Translations under genes and position numbers: made by a program
Part shown: in pieces, positions 9,190-18,582 of the stretch
How positions within the stretch are numbered: position 1 is the first letter of the stretch
Layout of the letters: every line of letters starts with the position of its first letter
Source of the DNA: Armatimonadota bacterium
GTDB taxonomy: Bacteria > Sysuimicrobiota > Sysuimicrobiia > Sysuimicrobiales > Humicultoraceae
Direction: 5' to 3'
Assembly: GCA_016869025.1 (NCBI GenBank)
Contig: VGFA01000006.1
Coordinates: forward strand, 16,065-80,064
Length of the DNA: 64,000 nt
Notes under the pieces: model-generated
Seen by the model: the letters and a program-made list of their open reading frames with translations, nothing else
Database searches by the model: none
Told to the model about the DNA's origin: nothing

Positions 9190-9519
9190 ATGACCACGGA
9201 GTCCAGAGGCCGCGACCTCTTCATCGTGGACAACAGCGTCTCTGGCCGGACGGGGCTTCGCTACCTCGAGGAATGGTCCGGCATCGGCAAGGCGCTCGAC
9301 ATCGCCACGGGATGCGCCGAGATTGGTGCCCTGCTCGCCCTTGACGGAAAGCGGCAGCCTCTGGACAAGATCCGGGTCCTGATGGGCGCAGAGACGACAC
9401 ACCGTACCCGCAAGGCCTTCCTTGAAGCCGTGCGCTCGCGTCCCAGCGATTCTCGAGGCGCTCCGGTCGCGCCAGATCGAATACCAATCTCGTCGCCGGC
9501 TCCAGGGAGTGCGGGATAG
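9190..9519 (+). pseudogene. Truncated N-terminus of a PLD-like (HKD) nuclease-Snf2 helicase fusion
   Basis: FIVDNSVSGRTGLRYLEEW...KALDIATGCAEIGALLALDGKRQPLDKIRVLMGAETTHRTRKAF resembles the N-terminal PLD-like domain that precedes Snf2-family helicases. The similarity ends near 9440 and the ORF runs into the tRNA repeat. Confidence 0.5.
9486..9506 (+). repeat. Direct repeat copy 2 (displaced tRNA-Thr 3' end fragment; attR-like)
   Basis: Exact 21-bp copy of 6596-6616. The flanking TCGAAT at 9478-9483 also resembles the tRNA T-loop. Confidence 0.75.
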
Positions 9520-9674
9520 ATCCCAGCCCCTTCACCCCCGCTGGCTGTCGAGCACGCGTGACCTGCTTCACGCATTCCACCGGCCGACGGCGAACCTAAA
9601 CCGTCCGGTTTCATTCCTTGTCGAACTTATGACCGTTGCCCTTGTGGGCGTTGCCAAGGTTGAGACCACAGAAG

Positions 9675-10537
9675 ATGAACGCGAAGACGGCATTGCTGCT
9701 AACCCGGAGGGCGTTCGTCAGGCCGCTGGGGCTGGCGCTGGGGGGCCTGGGGCTGGGGAGTGTGTGGCTTTGGGACTCCGGATCGCACCGGCAACTGTGG
9801 CCGGGCGTACAGCAGGCCGGGGCCACCCAACCCGAGGCCATGCGGGCAGGAGATTGGGACGCACGAACCTCATGGTCTCGGTGGTCGGGTTCGGGGGAGG
9901 GGTCATCGGTTTCCCGTAGCAGATACCCGTACTGCAAGAAGCGATCAAAGGTGCGCGGGAAAGGGTCTACATTGCCACCAAGACCCAACAGCGTCTGGCC
10001 GAAGGCGCGGCACGCGAAATAGAGGAGAGCCTCAGACGGCTTCAGGTCCAGAAGATAGACTTGCTTCAGATGCACGCTGTAGGGTCCTTTGTGGGGCTGG
10101 AGGCCATTCTTCATCCAGGCCGCGGCACCTTGCTCGCCGCGCGCGAGTTCCAGAGGCAGGGCAAGATCGGGTTCGTCAGGATCACGGCAGCCCACAGCCC
10201 CATTGACAGCAGAGAGCCGCGCCCCCCGGAGGTCATCCAGCAAGAGCTCGCGGTAATGGCCGAGGCGGTCCGGACCGATCAGCTCGATACCATGATGCTG
10301 AGCTACCACATCGAGTGGCAGGGGGAGCCGGTTCGGCGGCTCATCGAGCTAGCCAGGGAGCGTGACGTCGGCGTAATCGTCAAGAGACCCCTGAGTGTAG
10401 GCAGGTTGATGGCGCAATACGGCGCCAGTCGCCTGATACGTTTCGTCCTTGAGAACCCGGATGTTCACACGGCGATCCCCGGCATGGCCAGGATCGAGCA
10501 CGTCTACGAGGATGTGCCTCGGGGCTATGAGGCCTGA
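9675..10537 (+). pseudogene. Aldo/keto reductase with Tat-type signal; frameshifted and carrying an in-frame TAG
   Basis: Three pieces support this. A Tat-like leader MNAKTALLLTRRAFVRPLGLALGG sits in one frame from 9675. The AKR start RRLGRTNLMVSVVGFGG sits in another frame and ends at TAG 9917-9919. The same frame then continues QIPVLQEAIKGARERVYIATK...IEESLRRLQVQKIDLLQMHAV... to 10537. Confidence 0.65.
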
Positions 10538-10601
10538 GGTGAGGGGACAGCCACCAAAACTGGCAGCAGCGGGCGTCTCCTTCCTCCCGCCCTAAGCCCC
10601 A

Positions 10602-11582
10602 TCAGCCCTCCAACCTCTTCGTGAACGTCACCCACGCCGGCATGCGCACGAACCCAAACTTGGCGTTGATTGCCAGCATGGCCTCGTTGTGGCTGCTGTT
10701 GAACGTGCGGATCACCCGGTAGCCCCGCTCCTGAGCGTATGCGATCGTCGCCGCCTTCAACGCCACCGCGATTCCCTGCCCGCGGTAGGCCGGGAGCACC
10801 GCGGTGAGTTGCTGGTGGAGCAGGCCCGGATCGCCATCGCTGCGCTTGAGCGCGCTTTCGCCGACGTAGAGGTCTCCCATCTTGGCAAGGAAGAAGGCGT
10901 CGGGCAGCACCCGTGGATGGCGGACCTCCTGGGCCAGGAACTCCTCTTGCGTGGGCGGCGTGGGCGGTTCGGGGTCGTCGCCGGGCACTCCCATGTCCAG
11001 GACGCAGTGCGCCTGGTAGACGGCTTCCAGGCAGTTCGTGTCGCGGCGGAGTTCCTCTTGCAGCGTCGTGATTGTAACTCCAAGCCGGGCCGCGCGCTCC
11101 TGGTAGTCGCGGAACCGGTCCAGGTTGACGCCGGCGACATCCAGCCGTGACTCGAACTCGCGCGCCTGCTCGACGAACTCGTAGCGCTGCAGGAATGCGA
11201 CGGCGCGGCTCCGATCTTCGCGCGTCCAGGCCTTGAGCCGGCGCCCGCCATGGGCCATGACCGCGGACAGGATCTCATCCATGAGCCGGCTGCCGATGCC
11301 CCGGCCCTGATGATCGGGATGGACGTTCACGAAGGAGAAGAACTTCTCCGGGTGATGCGCCCAGGGGACGTGGCGGTAGCCGCCGTAGGCGACCACCTCA
11401 TCCCCACCGGTGGTGGTCGCCACCATCCACTCTGAGATGTAGCGCCTCCGGTCGATCCTGGAGATCTCGTGCCGGACCTCGTCCACGGTGGTGGGCACGT
11501 CCGGGTTGATCGCGTTGTGGATCCGAACCAGCGCCGGAAGGTCGGCCTCGCTCAGTTCCCGAACGATTGTCTCTGCGACCAT
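10602..11582 (-). CDS. GNAT-family N-acetyltransferase (two tandem GNAT domains)
   Basis: Two acetyl-CoA-binding motifs: HPDHQGRGIGSRLMDE and LPAYRGQGIAVALKAATIAYAQERG. Confidence 0.85.
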   Translation of the reverse strand: MVAETIVRELSEADLPALVRIHNAINPDVPTTVDEVRHEISRIDRRRYISEWMVATTTGGDEVVAYGGYRHVPWAHHPEKFFSFVNVHPDHQGRGIGSRLMDEILSAVMAHGGRRLKAWTREDRSRAVAFLQRYEFVEQAREFESRLDVAGVNLDRFRDYQERAARLGVTITTLQEELRRDTNCLEAVYQAHCVLDMGVPGDDPEPPTPPTQEEFLAQEVRHPRVLPDAFFLAKMGDLYVGESALKRSDGDPGLLHQQLTAVLPAYRGQGIAVALKAATIAYAQERGYRVIRTFNSSHNEAMLAINAKFGFVRMPAWVTFTKRLEG

Positions 11583-11621
11583 TGCGCAGACATTCTATCA
11601 GGATCTACCGAGGAGGACACC

Positions 11622-12796
11622 GTGAACCACGCATCAATGAACGCCGCCGCCGCCCGACTTGCAGCGGCCACGTCCCATCGTGCCGAGGACGCGCTTCGTC
11701 TGCTCGAGACCCTGGTCAACATGGACACGGGCTCCCGCTCCCTGGAGGGTCTGTCCACGGCGGGAACCTGGATCCAGGAGCAACTTGAGGGCCTGGGCCT
11801 ATTGGTAGAGCGGCACGAGCACGCCGATGCCGGACCCACGCTGGTAGGCCGCAGGTCTGGGTCCGGGCGCCTCCGGTTGCTCTTCCTGGCGCATTACGAT
11901 ACCGTCTTTGACTCGGGCGAGCCCAGACACCGGCCGTTCCGCGTCGAGGCCGGGCGCGCCTTCGGGCCTGGAGTGGCGGACATGAAGGGCGGCATCGTCA
12001 CGCTGTGGGAGGCGCTGCGGGCCCTGAACATGGAGGGCTGGGACGACTTCGCGACGCTGACTGTAATCCACAACGCCGATGAGGAGGTTGGCTCACGGGC
12101 CTCTCGGGAGATCATCGAGCGCGAGGGCCGGAACTGCGACATCTGCCTGGTGCACGAGCCGGGCCGGCTCGACGGGTCGGTGGTCACGGCGCGCAAAGGC
12201 GTTGGCAGGTACGTGTTGACGGTGCACGGGAGGGCGGCCCACGCGGGTGTCAACCCGCAGGACGGCGCGAGCGCTGTCGTTGCCCTGGCGCGCAAGATCC
12301 TGGAGATCCACGCGCTCAACGATCCTGCCAGGGGTATCTCCGCCAACGCGATCGTGACCTCCGGCGGCACCCGCTCAAACGTGGTGCCCGACCTGGCCGC
12401 GGCCGAGATTGACCTGCGGCTGCCCACCGCCGCGCTCGGGGCGGAGGCAATCGCGCGGCTGGAGGAGATCGCGCAGGTCCAGCACCTGCCCGGCACGCAC
12501 GCAACGCTCTCCGGCGGGGTCAACAGGCCGCCGTTTGAGGCCGGGCCGGGCGGGCTCGCGCTGTTCGGCCTGGCGCACGAGGCCGCCGGTATCCTGGGGT
12601 TCCCGCTGACCGCGGCGACGACAGGCGGCGGTTCCGACGGTAACTTCATCGCACCCCTTGGGGTGCCTGTGCTCGACGGCATGGGCGCGGTGGGTGGTGG
12701 ATACCACGGCCCAGATGAGTACCTGGAACTCGCCACGCTGCCGCAGCGCACGGCGCTGACGGCGCTGCTCGTGTGGGAGGTCTGCCGCAGGAGGGC

Positions 12797-12800
<4 letters not shown>
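11622..12800 (+). CDS. M20-family metallopeptidase (glutamate carboxypeptidase/CPG2-like)
   Basis: [28 protein letters not shown] and AHAG motifs. ORF 11469..12800 is trimmed to the GTG at 11622, which is preceded by GAGGAGGA. ATG 11637 is an alternative start. Confidence 0.85.
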
Positions 12801-15532
<2,732 letters not shown>

Positions 15533-15570
15533 GCGTCACCTCAGCGGATGCTTCTCGAAGAACCGCCAGA

Positions 15571-16349
15571 CTACATCGTTCGCGTGGAGCTTGCCAGGAC
15601 ACCACCTCGGAGCCCTGCCGGCACGGCGAGTAGGCAATACCCCGCACGCCGTCCGCGTCGTGGATTACAACGGGCTCTGGGGGGGCATCCATTCCACTTC
15701 GACCACCGCAGCACCGAGTCCCTCAGCGGAGGCCTGTGCTCGAACCCACCGCCGGGTACCCGGATCTCTCCCCCGTCCGGTGGGTTGAGCGGATCCGCCA
15801 GGCCGGCGATGGAGATGAGCGGGACCGGCCGGAGGAACTGAGGATCCTTGAGCCAGAGGTGTCCCGAGATTGGTGCGACCGCGGCGATGCGTCCCGAGAG
15901 CTCCGCGCCCACCCGGTAGGCCATCGAGGCGCCATTTGAGAACCCGGTCACGAAGATGCGTCGGACGTCAACCACGAATCGTGAGGCCAGATCATCAAGC
16001 AGGGCGCTGACGAAGCCCACATCGTCAACATTCGTGCTACCTGAATGGAAGCGGCCGGATCCGTCGTTCCACGTCTGCGGGTTGTCCGCAAAACTGCCAG
16101 GAGCCCTAGGATCAGGGCCCGTCGCCTCAGGGAACACCGCGAGGAACGCGGCTTCATCGGCCTTGGCGGTCCACCCGGTTTCCCTCATGGCCGCCCGCGC
16201 GGCGCGTGCGCAATGTAGCGGCGTTCCAGTCGCCCCACCCGCAGGACCCCGGCGTGCTCGCCCGGAATGCCCCCGGGCAGGAGATGAATCCCGGCAAGGC
16301 CAAGAACAAGAACGAGATGAAAATGACTCCTTGTGCGCGGAGCCGTCAC
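15571..16349 (-). pseudogene. PHB-depolymerase-family (LpqC-like) esterase, N-terminal deletion/frameshift
   Basis: The catalytic part is intact (VTGFSNGASMAY). The signal peptide and the GRLERRYIAHAP segment lie in another frame, which starts at GTG 16349 and stops at 16185-16187. The usual PLVVxLHG segment between them is absent. Confidence 0.6.
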
Positions 16350-17249
16350 AGACACCCCCCGGCACCCCCGGGCATTCCCCTGATCGCCTGGGTCATCACC
16401 ACCTGGGTTGTCATTGCCTGGATCATCACCGCCTCGGCCATCATCGCCGTGCCCGGCCTGGCCCAGGCCTTATCGGTGGATGTGCACGCCCATCGCGGCG
16501 GCGCCGCGATGGCGCCGGAGAACACGCTGGCCGCGGTGCGCAATGCGCTGGCGCTGGGCGTGGACGTCATAGAGCTCGACCTGCACGTATCGCGGGACGG
16601 CGCGGTCGTGGTCATTCACGACGCCACGCTGGAGCGCACGACCACCGGCCGTGGGTTCGTTCGCGAGACGGCGCTGGCCGACCTCCGGCGCCTCGATGCC
16701 GGAACCTGGTTCCACGCGCGCTTTGCCGGCGAGCGGGTCCCGACGCTGCGCGAAGTGCTGGAAGTGGTCAAGGGGCACGGCAACGATCGGGTACGCCTGA
16801 ACCTCGAGACCAAGTACGATGCACGAGGGCCGGGCCCGCCCTCGAACTTCGAGGAGCTGGTGCTGGAGCAATTGCGCGCGGCAGGGATGTTGGGCCGCAC
16901 GATCATCCAGTCGTTCCACTACCCCTCAATCGTCAGGGTGAAGGCCCTCGACTCCTCGCTGACGACCGCGGCGCTTCGATCGCCCCTGAACCCCCCGCTC
17001 GATCCGGTCGCGGACGTCCGTGCGGCGCACGCGGACGTCTACTCGCCCGGCTTCCGCCTGGTTACCCGAGAAGCGCTCGAAGCCCTGCACCGCGCCGGTG
17101 TCCCGGTCGTGCCGTGGACCGTGAACGAGCCGGCGGACATGGAGCGCCTCCTGGCGTTAGGGATCGGTGCGCTGCGCGGCGACGGCATCATCACCGACCA
17201 TCCCGACCGGCTCATCCAGGTGCTGCGGGCGCGAGGCCTCCGGCGCTGA
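16317..17249 (+). CDS. Glycerophosphodiester phosphodiesterase (GDPD family), membrane anchored/secreted
   Basis: HAHRGGAAMAPENTLAA, ELDLHVSRDGAVVVIHD and NLETK motifs. ORF 16206..17249 is trimmed to ATG 16317 before the hydrophobic segment. Confidence 0.85.
   Translation: MKMTPCARSRHRHPPAPPGIPLIAWVITTWVVIAWIITASAIIAVPGLAQALSVDVHAHRGGAAMAPENTLAAVRNALALGVDVIELDLHVSRDGAVVVIHDATLERTTTGRGFVRETALADLRRLDAGTWFHARFAGERVPTLREVLEVVKGHGNDRVRLNLETKYDARGPGPPSNFEELVLEQLRAAGMLGRTIIQSFHYPSIVRVKALDSSLTTAALRSPLNPPLDPVADVRAAHADVYSPGFRLVTREALEALHRAGVPVVPWTVNEPADMERLLALGIGALRGDGIITDHPDRLIQVLRARGLRR
16386..16445 (+). repeat. 15-bp tandem repeat x4 inside the GDPD N-terminal hydrophobic segment
   Basis: The four units are gcctgggtcatcacc, acctgggttgtcatt, gcctggatcatcacc and gcctcggccatcatc. 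They encode AWVIT, TWVVI, AWIIT and ASAII. Confidence 0.8.
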
Positions 17250-17286
17250 CCTAGCGAACGCGGTCGCGCGCGGCCTGCGTGCTGGA

Positions 17287-17796
17287 TTAGCGGACTCGGT
17301 CGCGACGGGCCCGCATCCTCTGCGCGTTCATCTCACGCCACCGGCTCCACTGCTCCGGGGTCAGGATGGCTCGCAGTTCGAACCCGACCTCCAGGCGCGC
17401 GCGCACCATCTGGCCGTACAGATCGCCGATGCGGCGCGATACCGCCTCGATCTTCGCCCGGTCGGGCTTGGTTTCCAGCGACAACTCACGGGCATCGAGC
17501 CGGGCCCGCCCCAGTGCGATCCGCAGACGCGCCGTCCGCTCCCGGTGCGCGGCCAGGGCCTGTTCGACACGTTGGGCCTGCGCTTCGGTCAGCCCGAGCC
17601 GCTGGCGTAGCCCCACTCCTCCCGGCCCTGGAGCCCCCGGCCCTGGCGCCCCAGGCGCCTGCGCGATCAGATCGTCGAGCCCGGGGACATCCGCCCAGGG
17701 TGGCGTAGACTCGTCGTCGGTCTGCGCGCGTGTGACGCCGGTCCAGGCCGAGGTCACCAGCGCCACGGCGATGACACAGATGAGGAAGTACCGCAT
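17287..17796 (-). CDS. Spy/CpxP-family periplasmic chaperone (LTxxQ motif protein)
   Basis: Signal peptide MRYFLICVIAVALVTSAWTG and two LTxxQ motifs (LTEAQAQ, LTPEQWS). Start set at ATG 17796 (AGGGAGG RBS) rather than the ORF-track start 17946. Confidence 0.75.
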   Translation of the reverse strand: MRYFLICVIAVALVTSAWTGVTRAQTDDESTPPWADVPGLDDLIAQAPGAPGPGAPGPGGVGLRQRLGLTEAQAQRVEQALAAHRERTARLRIALGRARLDARELSLETKPDRAKIEAVSRRIGDLYGQMVRARLEVGFELRAILTPEQWSRWREMNAQRMRARRDRVR

Positions 17797-17880
17797 GGTC
17801 ATACCTCCCTTGATGTGGGATCTCAATGTGTTGGACGCCGGGAGACCATGGGCGGGTTGAGCGGCTAGGAAGCACCGCGT

Positions 17881-18582
17881 TTGGGCATATCTAAATGGAT
17901 GAGCCCGGCCAAGCCGAAACCCACGACGAAGCATAGAGACGACCACTCCCCCGCTCGCCGCGCCGAGGACAAGTTCCGGGCGCTCTCACGCCTCGTTTCA
18001 GACTACGCGTACTCCTTCCATGTCATGCCCGATGAGTCCCTGCGCGGCGAATGGGTGTCCGAGTCGTTCGCGCGGGTCTTCGAGTACACCCTTGACGAGA
18101 TATGGGCCCAGGGCGGGTGGCAGACCCTCGTGCACCCGGAGGACCTCCCGGCGGCGATCGAGCACGCACGCCGGGTTGCGTCCGGCAAGCCGGACACCCT
18201 GGAGTTCCGGTTCCTGACACGGCGCGGCGAGACGCGCTGGCTGCTCGATCAGGCGATCCCAGTCTGGGATCCTGCGCAGGTGCGGGTGGTACGCATCCTC
18301 GGCGCTGCGCGCGATATCACCGAGCACAAACGGTTGCTGCAGTCGCTTCGGGAGAGCGAGGCGCGGTACCGACACTTCTTCGAGCACGACCTGAGGCCGA
18401 CTATCTCTCGACGGTGGACGGCCAGATCCTGGAGTGCAATCAGGCGTTTGCCCGGTTGTTTGGCTTCCAGTCGGTGGAAGACGCGATGTCGGCAAATGCA
18501 GTCTCGCTGTACGACTCACCGCAGGGTCGGGAGGCGTTTCTACAGAGGGTGCGAACCGAGCGGCAGCTTGCCGGCCTCGTGA
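17881..18582 (+). CDS. PAS-domain fragment; probable true N-terminus of the downstream sensor, separated by a 1-nt frameshift
   Basis: PAS-like sequence up to ARYRHFFEHDL (ends 18393). After that this frame becomes low-complexity, while the neighbouring frame continues as a PAS domain. Confidence 0.55.
   Translation: MGISKWMSPAKPKPTTKHRDDHSPARRAEDKFRALSRLVSDYAYSFHVMPDESLRGEWVSESFARVFEYTLDEIWAQGGWQTLVHPEDLPAAIEHARRVASGKPDTLEFRFLTRRGETRWLLDQAIPVWDPAQVRVVRILGAARDITEHKRLLQSLRESEARYRHFFEHDLRPTISRRWTARSWSAIRRLPGCLASSRWKTRCRQMQSRCTTHRRVGRRFYRGCEPSGSLPAS

Larger units (their letters stand above)
6596..9506. mobile_element. Degraded tRNA-Thr-associated genomic island remnant (no integrase left)
   Basis: Bounded by the 21-bp tRNA 3'-end direct repeat. 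Visibly lower G+C at its left end. Cargo is a DUF2335 protein, a frameshifted AbiEi, a 42-codon AbiEii stub and a truncated PLD-Snf2 N-terminus. Confidence 0.5.

Noticed and set aside
9917-9919. In-frame TAG in the aldo/keto reductase as programmed recoding (pyrrolysine or readthrough)
   Set aside because: No pyl genes or recoding signals are visible. The same gene also has a frameshift and a probable small deletion, so pseudogenisation is the simpler explanation.
9611-10309. 232-aa minus-strand ORF
   Set aside because: It is antisense to the recognisable AKR reading frame and has no motifs.
17610-17660. GAPGPGAPGPGG repeat in the CpxP-like protein as a collagen-like or SSR element
   Set aside because: It is a short low-complexity linker between the signal peptide and the LTxxQ domain, and the DNA repeat is only about 2 imperfect units.
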